A stretch of 62,946 nt of DNA, counting the filler, from Octopus bimaculoides (Eukaryota), in NCBI RefSeq assembly GCF_001194135.2. It is 5 parts of 3 records of this genome, joined end to end, with 100 filler letters (N's around TTAATTAATTAA, not from the genome) between each part and the next. Parts side by side here need not be neighbours in the genome. Positions count along the whole stretch, not along the records: positions 1 to 16,032 come from NC_068982.1; 4 more parts are not named here. One strand, written 5' to 3'. Both the position numbers and the translations under genes were made by a program. Shown here in pieces: positions 1 through 14,612 of this stretch. How positions within the stretch are numbered: position 1 is the first letter of the stretch; every line of letters starts with the position of its first letter. The notes below the pieces were generated by a model that searched no databases, was not told the origin of the DNA, and worked only from the letters and a program-made list of their open reading frames with translations.

Positions 1-14
1 TATATATAGATATA

Positions 15-258
15 TATAATTTTATTTAAAAGAGTTCCAACTCTGTCTGTTTTTTATGTTTTATTTATATTCTTGTAAAATTAATGTGGGATATAGAATA
101 TGGAATATATAATATATAATATAAAAATGGATGGTACAATGAAATGAAGTATTGAATGTCTTATTGAATATATGAAATATTGAGTGTTCAATATAAAGAA
201 TTAAATATATAAAGGCGAATATGTATTTTCATACCTTGTGGTATTTATCATGGCCAGA
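15..258 (-). mobile_element. Repeat family D copy 1 (AT-rich, about 250 bp, hammerhead-bearing, probably Penelope-related)
   Basis: Close match to 42209-42480 (inverted) and 19051-19290 (same orientation); abuts (TA)n. Confidence 0.75.
214..255 (-). ncRNA. Degenerate hammerhead ribozyme motif (family D, G8 lost)
   Basis: Minus strand GGC CAUGAUAA AUACC-ACAA-GGUAU GAAA AUA-CA-UAU UC GCC. Confidence 0.5.
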
Positions 259-1956
259 TCCAGAAATTCCATAATTTAAGATTAAATATTTAACTGTGAA
301 TCCAGCTACGTGTGATATATATCCCTAGATTTAATGGATCTATAATGAAATGATAAAAGTCTTACAATATCGAACGGCAATTGTGAAACGTATAGGCTTG
401 TCTTGTACACATTCTCAGCACGTATTTTGTTGATATGAAGATTTATTCAAAACATTCCCCATAGTAATCAGAGTGTAATAGACTGAGGAAATTAATTATT
501 TCAGTTAGTTAATCCACTCTTATATCATATAAGTCCGTTTTATTAATAAACGTGAGTGAATTAAATCGCATTACATAAATCAATACACAACACCTTGGGA
601 CGACGTTTTACCAGCAAAATATTATAGTCAAATAACACATATTTAATAAATAATAGACAATACAGTCTCTGTGTCACAATTACTGTACGTAGTGCTTTTG
701 GATGAATGATTACACATTATATGTGTAATCAATCAGTAGCTAAAAGCGCCATTTTCATGCACGTAAAAAGACGATTTCTCAAATAGACGTAACAAAAGAG
801 AGAGTAACAATTTAACGAGAATGACAACACATTTGAATAATTTTTCCCATCCTAATACTTGTATAAAAGTGGGATATGTCACAACTGGATTGCCTTCAAT
901 TACAGATCGGATCAAAACGTTTCGATAATAGATAAACAAGAACAGCAATATTATCCATAAGGAATTTGCAACTCTTGATCTCGGATTTATACATAAACCG
1001 CAATAGTTTTTAAGGTTTTAGAAAATATCGTAGGACAAATTGATTCAATGTATTAATTTACTTGTCTACCTGTAAAGGACTATTGAGTTTCCATGCATTT
1101 ATCAATATATTGACAGTAAAACATAGAGTAACGACACTTATATAATACAATTCCATGAAAATTTAATGACGCATGTTGTACATATGTCAATAGCATGTTT
1201 AACAATATGTTGTTGGAAATACATGATAATAAACGGACACGACAAAATGTTTTACAATATAAACATGGTTACATATTACGAAAAGTAATTAGTTGATGTC
1301 TGCATTTAACTGAATAACGTTATAGATAATCGAAAACATTACAGCGACGAAGAACGGAAAATTGTTGTCGAAATACAAATTAATCTACTTATAAACAGAG
1401 GCTTTATATTTTTCGTTTAACCGCATTTCGATCAAAGTAGCTTCCATTGTCCTGACTTTCTCCATTAAAATGTTCGGGATTTTTGTTTGTCTTTGCAAAA
1501 TATGAAAGAGTCTTAAATTTTCCCCTTAAGTTTTTATATTGTAAAAAATATTTTAGTTAACAGTTTCTCAATATATCTTCCACAGTACTCGTTGCGTATG
1601 AATATTTAATAACAGGTAAAGTCGGGTAATAAAAGCACCGTACATGAACATTTGAATATCACCCAAACCTAACGAAATAATTGAAATTGTTAAACCAAGT
1701 ATCAATAATAACGGAAGACATTTTCATGGAGCCTATATTCGTTGGCAACATTTAATATTCTTAAAGTAGTGAATCAAAAATAATATTTAATCAATAACAT
1801 TTGCACCCATAATGAACGAAAATTCTGCCCCAATGATGTTAATGCCAAGAAATGCAGCCGACAGAATGGAATGATTAAGTCTCATAAGCGGGAACATATC
1901 CAGGATTATCATCGTAAGAGAGAAAGATCTGATCTATAGAATATTACCTTAATACT

Positions 1957-2962
1957 GATTTGGTTATTTTCCATGTTATTAGTTTGGTTAGAAATGAATA
2001 CAATGTTCTGCATTGGAAATGTTTGTTTATAAGCAAACTAACTTACCTTATTGAGAAGATATATTTTCGGGAAATTCTAATATCATTAATTCTTATGCCT
2101 TAATGAGTTCATATTCTCATAAAACCTTTTACGACGAAATCATTAAAAAGCCTTTCATGTACGTATTACACTATTTTAATGACAGGACGTATAAAATGCA
2201 GCGTAGCTACAGTTTATATTTAACCAGTTGTAATAATTTTGACACTCTGGATATGAATGCATTGCTGATGAGATGTTTTCTCTTTAAGAATATAACATCC
2301 GTTGATTGAGCAGTAATTTCAGCGCATTGTAAGGCGGTGAGCTGGCAGTAACGTTAGCACGCTGGGCTAAATGCTTAGCGATATTTCGTCTGTCTTTACC
2401 TTGTGAGTTCAAATTCCACCGAGATCGCCGTTGCCTTTCATCCTTTCGGGGTCGATAAATTAAGTATCAGTTGCATACTGGGGTTGATCTAATCGACGGG
2501 CCCCCTCACCCAAAATTTCAGGCCTTGTGCCTAGAGTAGAAAAGAATATTTCATCACGTTGTGTCAACTGCAGAGCATAGCGTTTTACAATATATTTCAT
2601 TGTCATTCGCTGAATATTGTTTAAATGACTGAAATAATAACAGTAATTAGGAATAAAAAAGTAAAAAAATATTCGTCTTACCTATGAACTGTTGTTACAG
2701 ACGACCAAACAAATTTCTCTGGTTTCTAATTCACTTAGAAAGACCAGGGACAGTAGGGGGTAGACACCCTGAACATGAGGAGATGCAAGGAAATTTCCAA
2801 GCAGCTTGTATATTACTGAAGTATATTGTCTGAGAATAGGGAAAACACTTTCCCTATTATTTTTCTTCCCTATTATTTTTCCCTGATTTGGTTATTTACC
2901 ATGTTATTAGTTTGGTTAGAAATGAGTACAATGTTCTGCATTGGAACTGTTTGTTTATAAGG
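1957..2962 (+). repeat. Local direct repeat of about 80 bp (1957-2035 and 2884-2962)
   Basis: ctgatttggttattt(t/a)ccatgttattagtttggttagaaatga(a/g)tacaatgttctgcattggaa(a/c)tgtttgtttataag occurs twice. Confidence 0.85.
2331..2549 (+). mobile_element. tRNA-derived SINE family A, full length
   Basis: aaggcggtgagctggcag...gagttcaaattcc (B box)...gcctttcatcctttcggggtcgataaattaagt...ggccttgtgcctagagtagaaaagaat; many near-identical copies in the window. Confidence 0.9.
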
Positions 2963-4279
2963 GAAACAGTAGTTTTCTTAGATAACGGATGTATAAAACA
3001 ATCTTGAGTGAAAAACATAAGTACAGCATAGAGTTGAACAACTCAGGGAGGGTCATTACACTTGTGTACAAAATACATGCGATTATGTATAGTTCAATGT
3101 ACAACAACATATTTAGATGTGAACAGAAATTGTTACATTAATTGAAACGACATCTCACAGACGAAATATTTATTTTGTTTTTGTGTGATGTTAACTTCTA
3201 ATTAATTATACATTTTTACATAGGAAGCGTATCTGTGTGAGTTGTTAAAGATGATCAGTGTTCAGATAATTTGCAAAATATAATACCATTTATATCGTAC
3301 TTTAGATACTAAAGTTCTCATTGGTCTACCCATCAAACTACATATTAAGAAAAAACATAAAGATATAATACAAAATGTAGGCTTGTATCAATGATTTGGC
3401 GCATTTTAGTCGTAAATAATTCAATTTTATTCACACTTCCTCTTTATAGGTTTCCTTCCGATCTTTCATTATGTTTGCACTAACGCTTATGTGTTTGCTA
3501 AATATAAAACCAATCAACTATATTTCATGACAAGGACCTATTAATTTCGACTCACCGATATGAATGAATGTATATACGATATATGAACATAATATACGGT
3601 CCTGTCTTTAACTGACTTTTACAATCTTCTATTTATTGGTTATAATAGTGTGATTATAGTAGCGTAACTCTTAGAGCGAGTATTTCTATCTAGACACATA
3701 TATGTATTTCTGTTCTGCACTGTAAGAATGCCCTTTAATATGTACATTGCTACAATCTATGATAGTTGGTATGAGATAAATTTTGCAGCAATGCAGAATT
3801 CTACGGAGCTTAGCTATAATCAAACACTTTATGTGCAATACACTTCAATATTCATAGAATACACTTGCAAGTTTAGGTCCATTTTTATTAAAAGGATCTC
3901 CTTTCTATGCAGTTTATTATCCTCAGCATATCAACTTGCTTCTCTTTCCGTGCTTACAACATGCAACACACACGCGTGCGCGCACTTCCCCAACGCATAC
4001 TTACATATATCGCACACGGTTTATAAGAGCTTGTACGCATCGCTGCATCTGTATATAAACATTCAAATATACAAAGACATTAAATTAAAATTACTCTTTT
4101 AAATCAAGTTTAACAATAACAACAGGTTATTTGTAGGTGCGAATTCATTAACGATATTAAATTGAAATTCATTGTAAAATAAATAAAGTGTTGAAGAGAA
4201 TATGTGTTTCATCGCATGGCTTCTTCATCTACTTCATCAAACAATCAGGAAAAACTTAGGATTCTTATCGATATGGAAT

Positions 4280-4319
<40 letters not shown>

Positions 4320-4759
4320 AGGGCATACACTCCACCATACATGCATATAAAGTCACGTGGTACAGTTTATAGATAAAATTGTGCCAGAAGTAAACCGCGT
4401 GAAGAACTCCATGTTTATTCGTCCTCNNNNNNNNNNNNNNNNNNNNNNNNNNNNNNNNNNNNNNNNNNNNNNNNNNNNNNNNNNNNNNNNNNNNNNNNNN
4501 NNNNNNNNNNNNNNNNNNNNNNNNNNTGAAATAGTTTATGATGTAATTTTTCATGATCTGAAATATATTTCATGAACAAAGAACGACAATTAAGTACTAT
4601 TTTAAAGTACATAGCCATGACATAATGCTAAGTGTTTAGAGACGTTTAACCATTGTAAGCTATATAATACGATTGGAGAATTTTTATAAAACCAAAGTAC
4701 CTTGGAGATGCCGACCAGCTCTATCCCACGAACACGGGGACGCACACATGCATACATGC

Positions 4760-4818
4760 ACACCCGCCTGCAGACCCGCCTGCAGACCCGCCTGCACACC
4801 CGCCTGCACACCCGCTCA
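4760..4818 (+). repeat. 12-bp GC-rich minisatellite (cacccgcctgca / gacccgcctgca, 4-5 units)
   Basis: Directly visible tandem units. Confidence 0.85.
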
Positions 4819-7806
4819 CCGACCAATATTTAAGCTTGACGTACGTAATGGATAGCATGATGGCTGGGCTTTTGCGTATATATATCTAGTAATGTATATG
4901 CACATATATATATATATACATAAAACATAGAAAAATAAATACATACATGCATGTATTACCTATCTTACACATACACACGTGTAAAAATATACAAGTATCT
5001 ATGAACATAAATGCATTCATATTTTTACAAACACACACACACACACACTCGTAAATATATGTGTGTGTGTGCGTGCATAGGTATATATGTATGTGTGTAT
5101 GGATACTTGTGTGTAAATACGTATATAAATTAAAGCTTATCTATTCACAGCATTTTGAAGTAATTATACACTATCTCGTAGCTTTCAGAGTTCGATACTA
5201 TGATTGTTGTATTTTTAGAATGACATTGTAGGGCAGGCATGAGAGATATGATCTGGCTCGTACGAATAATAGAAAAGATAAGCTGTTCGGAACAGATATG
5301 GAAGGTTTAAACGCTAATAGGTTATATGGAGATACTTCTATACATATCTATGATACTTAAGCAGACAACAAATATTGGTTTTATGTGCCACTTCAGACTG
5401 GCTAAATTTGACGTTGAAGAAAATGAATAGATTAAATATTACAATACAATATTTAACACGAAAGCGTCACTTTCCCAACATTAATTTATCTCCTATCTCA
5501 CACTGTTATTTTTATGTGGCTTTCTCCCTACATAATACCAAATATAAACACTTTTTGTGTTCAATCAATAGTTTTTCTCTATCTTCAAGAAATGAACTGT
5601 CGCCAAGAATTCTACAATCGATTGATGTTACACGGAACTGTTACTTGTACCTCGATATTCCACCTCTTGATTACGTAATATCTGTTATCTAAGAAATAAT
5701 CATTTTTTTTTAAAGAAACATTTGTAGAATGGAGTAGCTAGATATCTTTGAAACAATGTGTCATAGTTATTTTTCACAAAGTTTTCTTAAATCGAAATAT
5801 TTGATTCAGTAAGTGAAGCTATTACAGGGAAGTAGCTTCGAATATACTTGCGCTAAAATTTTTCTGTATACGTCTTGGTCAAAAAACAAATAATGTCATT
5901 TCTGAAATTCCCATTATACGCAAAACTAGACTTAGCAGAAGTTATCCTAAGGATTTATATGATCTGTGTGTTACTAAATCGAATTATATAACGAATGCTG
6001 TTGCTAGTTTCAGCCTTAAAGAATACTGAAATCGTGGAGGCAAAGGTGTATAGTTTGATGTAAATTTCGAACTGAAATGTTTAAAAGAATTGGCTGAACA
6101 TTGCAGTTCTTACTGAAACAATTTTTTTTATTGTGTTATCCGTGAGCGTCAACATTCATTGTAAATTAATTTCAGGTAAAGCATGACTGTTGATAATTGC
6201 CACTGATATGAAGTACAGTTGATACAGTTATTAAACAAAACGTCTGTGTCAAGTGTAGTTTGCATCAATAGTCGTATAATAATATTAACATGAAATGCAC
6301 TTTTTAAATCCTTATTACCAAAACAGTGCATGAATTATTTTCTTAGATTAGCTATTTAAATTTCAAATCGTTAACTGCATGTCGCCTTTAATATCAACTC
6401 CGTTTTTGGCATAGTAATTTTCGAAAACTATCTAAAATGCAAATTCAATAATGTTGCATCGTTTAGCAAAGATGCGCGTCTCCACGGAGATATTAAATAA
6501 GTCGGGTCATATTTTTTCAATATTTTTATGTTTGATTTGCTAAATAGAAAATGGATTTTAACGTGCATAATTATTTTCTTTCAGATTCTCTGATAGGTCA
6601 GGTTTAAACCTGTGACACGTGGTGAAGTAGTGGAAATAAAACATCATCACTCTAACGGTAAAAGCATAAACATAATTCGAGGAATGTAACACTATTGTTT
6701 AATAAAAATGGATATAATGTTGTGTCTGTTTGTCAGAATTACTTACGCTTAATGTAGGCTTAACAGAAGTTATGATTGTGATTTCTCGGGAACTATTTTC
6801 TGTCTCGTGTCGTGAAAATTTATGGCACTCAGATCACTTTTTGGCAGTAGCTCCAATTTTCATTATTATTCAATCCTAATATTTCTGTCGTTCTAATGAT
6901 GGAGTTCCCGAAAAATACCTGTATGTGCAGGGAATCTAATAGATGTATTAAAGCCACTTTTAAGGTTATTCACAATAAGAAGAAATCATTGAAGCTAACC
7001 CGATTTGCCAGATTCAAAAGATACGCTCGAATTAAATTTAAATATTGCTATGTAGAGGCGCAGTGCTCAACGATGTGAAATTGTATTTGTTGCCTGCAAG
7101 TTTACAGGAAAGATTTTATCGGAAAAACTAATCAACGTCGTGTGTTATTTTTATAATGTCTTACTTTGCGTTAATTAAAAATCTAAGGAATGTACGTACC
7201 TGGAAATGGAAACATAGTCGATAGGTAAATTCCCAAATTTCTATTTCATTTTCAAGTAAAATTTATTGCTTTATGGAATCTTATTATATCAGCTCTAAAA
7301 TTGTTCAAATCTTTTAGCCTCAAACAATATTCTGTTTAATATCTTTGATTAAATCCCAGAATCGTTAACCTTCACAGAATTTAACATTCTTTTTGTATTT
7401 TCTCCGAGAACGAAAGCATTTATATGATATTTCATGATAGTGGAATAAGATAGCTTTGAACGTAATGGAAATTATCGGTAAGAAACACAAATTTAAAAGG
7501 TATCTAATAGTTTTAAAACTAATAGCATTAACTATCAGAAATTTGTATAAAAGGCCTTCATAGAAATATTTGGTGACACGTAATTACAAGTTGTTTAACT
7601 TACAATTAATAATATATGATAAGGTATTTAAGAAAATATTATCTAGATATAAAATTTTATAGAGAAGCTTTGGCGTGGTTATGTGCTAATAAGTTTGTCA
7701 CTCAACTACATGATTCCGGGTTTAGTCCTGTTGCGTGGCACTTTGGGCAGTATCTTATAGGAGAGCAGCAAATAACAATTAAAAATTACATCTCTATGTT
7801 CTAGAG

Positions 7807-8012
7807 TTCTTTTCTACTCTAGACACAAGGAGCAAATATTTTGGAGAGTGGGGGCAGTCGATTAGATCAGCTCCAGTACGCAACTGGTGCTTAATGTATC
7901 GAGCCCAAGAGCAAAATCTACCTCGGCGGAATTTGAACCCAGAACGTAAAGACAGACGAAATACCGCTAAGCATTTCGTCCGGCATGCTAGCGTTCCTGT
8001 CAGCTCGCGGTC
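7807..8012 (-). mobile_element. SINE family A
   Basis: Reverse complement of the family A consensus with a central deletion. Confidence 0.85.
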
Positions 8013-9339
8013 TTTCTTTGTTCTAGAATTGCATTGTTATAGACAACGTAACAGTTATAGGTGTTAGCTTTTCGAAATGCGAAGTTTAAAATGGTTAAAT
8101 GCAGAACAAAATAAGGACTATTTGAAATCTATGAACGATCGATTGGAGACCAATCCTGAATTATCCGATACCAGATAATAGATTTCCAATCAACATTGAT
8201 ACCTAATAAAATGGAAAATAGGGAAAAAAAAGAAGAAAAAACAGTTTGTGACACAAAACGAATATAATCCTTGTCAAGTAAAGATCTTTAAAGCATTGTG
8301 TTTTACTAATAATTATTTAGATTATTTCGAAATGCATTTGTATTATATGAAATATCACGGTAAATATATCCGTATATATATGTATGCCTGTATCCAGTGG
8401 CGGACCTGGTCTAACTATATTGGTTGCCAGGAGACTAAGGTGGCCCACCCTCCACTACAATACTATCATTTATTCATTTATTTATTTTTGTTAAAAGTAT
8501 TCTTTTCCAATGTCTACAAACACAGCCGGGCTGAAATAATTAATGCATTCTCCTAGGAGTGAATAAAAAATTCTCAAAATGGAGAGGATGAGCCCCTTAG
8601 ACACTAACATGGGCCTCCATACATATGTATTGTAATGGTGCAGAGGCCCACTTGCCATCAGGTAAGCTGGTAAACTAGCCAATCAACCATTGATGGTATC
8701 TGCAGTATATTGTTGCACAATGGTTGAACATTTGAAACATGCGTTATCAGCAGGTTCACAGTGCGATATTTTGGGCTAGAATCTCAGGTAAAGTAATATA
8801 TTGTGAGTGAGATAAATTTGATAGAAACTGTGTAAAAGCCACGCGGATGGATTTATCTGCAAGAAACCGTGATACCTTGTTACACTGCGAATGAGTATTT
8901 AATTGAAAATATACATCTCCATTTAATACTCAGCGCTTTGTTCACGCTTTCAAAGAGCAGATTTAGTTGATAGAAGAACTGGAGCATGGCCGTCAACTGA
9001 TGTAGCAATATGTATACACAAACACACACTCACACATACCTCAACACTCACATACACACACTCACTGACGTACACACACAAACTCACCGACGTACACACA
9101 CAAACTCATACACACTCTCACACATACACACACACTCAACCACTCACACACATTCACGCACACCCTCACCCCTACACCGACACTCGAACACTCCACACAC
9201 ACTTATACCACACCCACACCCTCACCCACACACTCAAACATATATACTCAACCCTACCCACACCCACCCACTGACACTCACCCCCACTTCTCCATTAATG
9301 TTTGGTTCATCTTGAAAAACAATATCATACAGTTCTATA

Positions 9340-9403
9340 TGGCGTAATGGTTAAGAGCGCGAGGTACTAACCCCAAGATTCCGAGTTCGATTCCAGGCAG
9401 TGA

Positions 9404-9461
<58 letters not shown>

Positions 9462-9610
9462 TACAACATCGAAAAATACCTTAGGAATGAGAACCCAGGT
9501 TCGAAATTTCCTCAAGGCACCTGGTGAAGGCTGGAGAGAATACCAGTCGAAACGTTGCCTTAAGAACAAACAAGATGAGGGCAAATATCCGTCAAATGTA
9601 AATAATTTAA
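9340..9610 (+). mobile_element. tRNA-headed SINE-like element with internal (AAT)n and a hammerhead-like 3' part (family F)
   Basis: A box TGGCGTAATGG at 9340, B box GAGTTCGATTCC at about 9383, (AAT)n at 9408-9460, then a unique 3' segment carrying a hammerhead-like core. Confidence 0.65.
9514..9561 (+). ncRNA. Hammerhead-like motif (A6 to G in this copy)
   Basis: AAGGCAC CUGGUGA A GGCUGG-AGAGAAUA-CCAGUC GAAAC GUU GCCUU: 6-bp stem II with one G-U, AACGUU palindrome, stem I aaggca/ugccuu. Confidence 0.55.
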
Positions 9611-9794
9611 ATAGTAAGCACTATCATATCCGATGCTGGAAACGCAATTCGCACATACCGAAAATTACGTAACAATTTTCTATTTTACAATAAACTGTAA
9701 ACTTCTCTTTTTAGCCAAATATATTTCGACAATAAATCATAAAAATGTCTCATTATTTATTTGCATAAGTTTTAATTATTAAATATTCTTTTTT

Positions 9795-10240
9795 CTTTTA
9801 TTCTTTTACTTGTTTTAGTCATTTGACTACGGCCATGCTGGAGCACCACCTTTTAGTCGAGCAAATCGACGTCTATGACTTATTCTTTGTAAGCCTAGTA
9901 CTTATTTTATCGGTTCCCTTTTTGCCGAACTGATAAGTTACGGGGACGTAAACACACCAGCATCGGTTGTCAAGCGATGTTGGTGGGAACATACACAAGC
10001 ACACACAAGCACACGCACACATACACACACACATATATACATATATACATATATATATATATACATATATACGATGGCTTCTTTCAGTTTCCGTTTACCA
10101 AATCCACTCAGAAGGCTTTGGTCAGCACGAGGCAATTGTAGAAGACACTTACTTGCGCAAGGCGCCACGCAGTGGGACTGAACCTGGAACCATGTGGTTT
10201 GTAAGCAAGCTACTTACATCACAGCCACTCATGCGCCTAT
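9795..10240 (-). mobile_element. tRNA-derived SINE family B (internal TA/CA microsatellite)
   Basis: Reverse complement of head ggcgcaggagtggctgtgtggtaag...gggttcagtccc...ccttgggcaagtg and tail gcatggccgcagtcaaatgactgaaacaagtaaaaga; matches other copies in the window. Confidence 0.9.
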
Positions 10241-10574
10241 GAATATTTACAGCTCAATATTTACAGCTTTTTGGCAGAATAAATTGAAGATTTATATTTA
10301 TGTGTCTGACAGCCATATTTTCATTTAATTTGCCATTAACATCATATATTTCGTAATTGATCAATTACAGAAATTGAACTCAAAATGTATGTACATGAAT
10401 TATATCCCACTAATTAACTACGAACTATTGCTGCATATATATTGTTGTGCATCTCTACATATATATGTGAACATTTATACGCGGTTATGTACTTTTATAT
10501 GTTTGAAAACGTATATGAAATTAAATCATGCTTTTCGTATATATATATATATATATATNNNNNNNNNNNNNNNN

Positions 10575-10616
<42 letters not shown>

Positions 10617-11049
10617 TGTGCGTGCGTGCTTGTGAGTGTATGTATGTATGTGAGTGTGTATACACGTGTGTGTATCTGTGAGTACCGAAGTTTATGTGTG
10701 TGCATGCTCATTCAAACTTATATACAGGAGAAGATTATTCTGAAAAATAGCTTTCGCAGCATAAAACAATCTTCCTAGGGAACCAAAGAAGGTTGAAATC
10801 AAAATATACTAAAATCTGAGTTTTAAAAATAAATCTAGAAATTAAATAATCGAGATTTTCTTTCAGGATTTCCATTTGGGTTTTCGTTTGTCAACATGAA
10901 CTTCATTTACATGTCTTAAGTGATTTGGGTTTTCATACGGATGCTATTGGTATTATTATGTGGTTGTTGGAAATATTGGGTGATTTGTAAATATTTGCTA
11001 AATATCACAACACGCACGCCAATCCTTTTTTCAATAAATATGAAGATAT

Positions 11050-11130
11050 TCTACTTGTATTTTATTCCCTCGTCTTCTACTTGTATTTTATTCCCTCGTC
11101 TTCTATTTATATTTTATTCCCTCGTGTCTT
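11050..11130 (+). repeat. 26-bp tandem repeat, about 3 units
   Basis: ctacttgtattttattccctcgtctt twice plus a variant third unit. Confidence 0.85.
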
Positions 11131-14100
11131 CCTGTTTATTTTCTCTCGGTTTTATGTTATAGTTGTGGCAATTTACTTTCTGGAGCATTCTGAGCGAATA
11201 GTATGTTGAAATCAGAGAAAGTAAGAAAACATATAGTCCAGGCCAAAAGAGATAAGAAAAAAAAACAAACATCTGTAAAAAAAAGAACACATTTAAAATA
11301 ACAAAAAATCAGTAATGACATTTTTGATTGTTTTTTTCTTCACATCATTTAAAAATATTTTATGTTATTTTCTCATTCATTCAATGATGAAATCATGACA
11401 CAAAATTAAAGATTGTAAATACACTGAATAGGAGGGAAAATTCCATTAGAGTAATTTGGAAGTAAATGACTTCTCCAATATAACTCTTGGATTCAAATTG
11501 AATGCAACACTTTACAGTTAATTCAACATTTCATGCAATATTTTTTTGAAACTACAGTCTTGTTTATTTTATTTTCAAGCAAACGTTTATTTGTACGTAT
11601 TCACTGTTGATATTTTTATATTATATATTACAACGTATGTTGTTGTTTTCTTAACCATTTACGTTACAACAAACTCATTTCATTGTAGCATAAACGGGTT
11701 CGGATATTGTAGGTTATGATGCCATAGTTTCAATTTGCAATAGCGATTCAAAATAAATTTTTTGCCTTCAGTGTATGGTTAGACAATTTAATACGTGGAG
11801 ATGGATATATATCAGATATCCATTCTAATGTCATGTTTCTGAAATAAATTCAAAACGTACCTTCTTCAAGCATTGAATGAGAATGGTATTTATATTCCAG
11901 GCAATTACCATTTAATGATATTTTAAAAATCGTAATGCCTATGTGAATGTGAATGTGGACTATAGCATAAATTATTAGATGAACACTGTTTTTAATACTC
12001 ATTGAGTCTAAAATAAAATTATAAGGGCAAAACGATTAACAAATTCCTATGCTTTCGCTATACAATTGATGCAGCTATAATATTTGTTATTCAAACATTC
12101 ATTTGAATACTCTACTTCGAAAGGTCTCTATGAAATTTATAATATCCAGCCGAATGTCCATATAATATATGTGAGCAATGCCAGATTAATATATTAATAT
12201 ATACAACTTATTGTTGTAATGAACAACACACTCACACAGTGTGGACACGGGGTGTCGCTGAATTTCATCTGTTTGCACTAGTATCAAACATTGACAGTTG
12301 AATCATAATTCGCTCGTATTTTATAGCAAAATTCTGTTTTCCCGAACACTGCTTCGGTGTTTCATTTCAGCATAACCATTTTCGGCCATGATATTTTTAT
12401 TTCAGCAAAATATGTACTTGCGTGCATATCCTAACTATTATAATAGGTTACTCTGGTCAACCTGTCAGCGCTTATACATGCGTGCACATGTACTTGTTTT
12501 ACGTGTGTGTGTTCGTAAGTGTATATGTTTGCATGTGCTTATGTTTATGTGTTTTGTATGTGCCTCAACCACTATTTTCTCTACTTTAATATTATTTAAA
12601 TAAATACTTATCTTCTAAAATTTGCATTTCAGTAAATGAAGTAATCTTGCAGCAAATTTACAAAAGCGTACCAGGCTGAAATGATACAACAAAAGTTTTC
12701 ACATCTGCGGGCCACTACGACTACACTATATTGACTTCGTAAAATTATCTTTATTTAGTATGTAGTAATTTAGAAGTTGTTTGAAAGAGTAAATATGAAA
12801 TATTTTATGGAAATTTGCAGCTAAGATTCACTTTAGGAAGAAAAGCAGATAAAAGCCCGAAAAAATTGTGGGATTCTGCTGTATTGAATATTAATTTCAA
12901 GGTAATTCATAGAATCAAGGAATAATATTCTAACTCTTACAAATTAAAAGCATTTTTATTTTTAATTGATCATGTATTTTAATTACANNNNNNNNNNNNN
13001 NNNNNNNNNNNNNNNNNNNNNNNNNNNNNNNNNNNNNNNNNNNNNNNNNNNNNNNNNNNNNNNNNNNNNNNNNNNNNNNNNNNNNNNNNNNNNNNNNNNN
13101 NNNNNNNNNNNNNNNNNNNNNNNNNNNNNNNNNNNNNNNNNNNNNNNNNNNNNNNNNNNNNNNNNNNNNNNNNNNNNNNNNNNNNNNNNNNNNNNNNNNN
13201 NNNNNNNNNNNNNNNNNNNNNNNNNNNNNNNNNNNNNNNNNNNNNNNNNNNNNNNNNNNNNNNNNNNNNNNNNNNNNNNNNNNNNNNNNNNNNNNNNNAT
13301 ATATATATATATATATATATACATACATATAATGTATTCATCGTTTGTCTCACATAGGCCGATCGTTATATCTTAGAATTTGTAATTTTGTGTTAAACAG
13401 AAAACAAAATGTACTGTAAGTTCCTTAAAAATAGTTTTGCAATAAATACTACTTATGATGACGAGCAGGAATGAAGGCCGTGACTAGGCTTAGAAATCTG
13501 GTTTTCATTTAATTATTTCGAGAGAAAGTATGCCTTTGTTAATGGAATTACTATTACATGAGTGCCTAGCTTTGATAAAGGCAATATATTTTGTTAATAT
13601 TGCATTCTTAAATTTAGTACATTTGAAGAAGTGTTCTGCTGTGTTAGTTTAAAGTGATAAATTACAAACTTTTTGTGTTGCTTCTATCTAAAATTTCGAA
13701 GTTGTGTTAGTGTAATTAATAACAATGGACCTGTATAATATATTTCCTGTTAGTGTATATTAACATGGAGATTTTAGCGCGGGCTATATGAACTAACCAA
13801 ACATTTTCCGATTCTTCAGTTTCTTCGAAGAAATAATTGTATTCACCACATGCTTAATTTTCTCTCTCAAAGAAGTTTTACAGAATGCTATATTAGAATG
13901 GCAGAATTGTTTATTGAAGACATTTTGGTGCGAATACATTGGATACATTATCTTGGAAAACAGTTTTTTAAAGGCAGTTTGTTCCTCTCAATACAAGCTA
14001 AACGCTTTTAGTTTGCTGATATGAATGTTACGTTATGTTGAGTGTAAATACACGCAGTGTGTCTGAATTAGCAATGATCAGGTATTCACTGAAGCAATTT

Positions 14101-14569
14101 GTCTTTGATAAACCTGTAAAAAACAAACATGGTTAGCATACAGTGATTGCAAAATATGTAATAAAAATTTGAATAGAGCTTTGATTATAGCAATTAACAA
14201 ACTCTACACAGGGGTATAATAACCGGTGGAGTTATTTTCAAAAATGAAATACAATATTTAAGAAAAAAAAAATGGCATCCATCTTAAAGCTTCGGTATAT
14301 GAGATTAGTGTTGTTTCGATCAAAAGAGTTCACGGGATTGATTAAAATAGAGAATGATGTTTATTGTCCAAAAAGGCAGATATATTGGATCTTTTCCTTT
14401 TGATCGGCAGGTTGATAAATTAATTTTTTTAAACTAAAGACTTTCAAACTTCGGATACTGGTAGAATGTGCCATATAAAACAACTTTTACTCTTAGTGTT
14501 GTTGAGAAAATTTTCTATTTACGAAGTTATTTCGTGTTACAATCTCTCTCTCTCTCTCTCGCTCTCTCT

Positions 14570-14612
<43 letters not shown>

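Noticed and set aside
733-948. 71-aa hydrophobic ORF, and a 50-codon open stretch at about 1790-1938
   Set aside because: No recognisable homology or convincing splice sites; expected by chance in AT-rich DNA.
6585-6657. Exon-like segment with good AG and GT boundaries on the + strand
   Set aside because: Stops in all three frames and no partner exons; at best non-coding.
8394-8660. Possible hAT MITE start CAGTGGCGGA (and cagtgattctcaactgggg at about 37567)
   Set aside because: No matching right TIR or TSD found.
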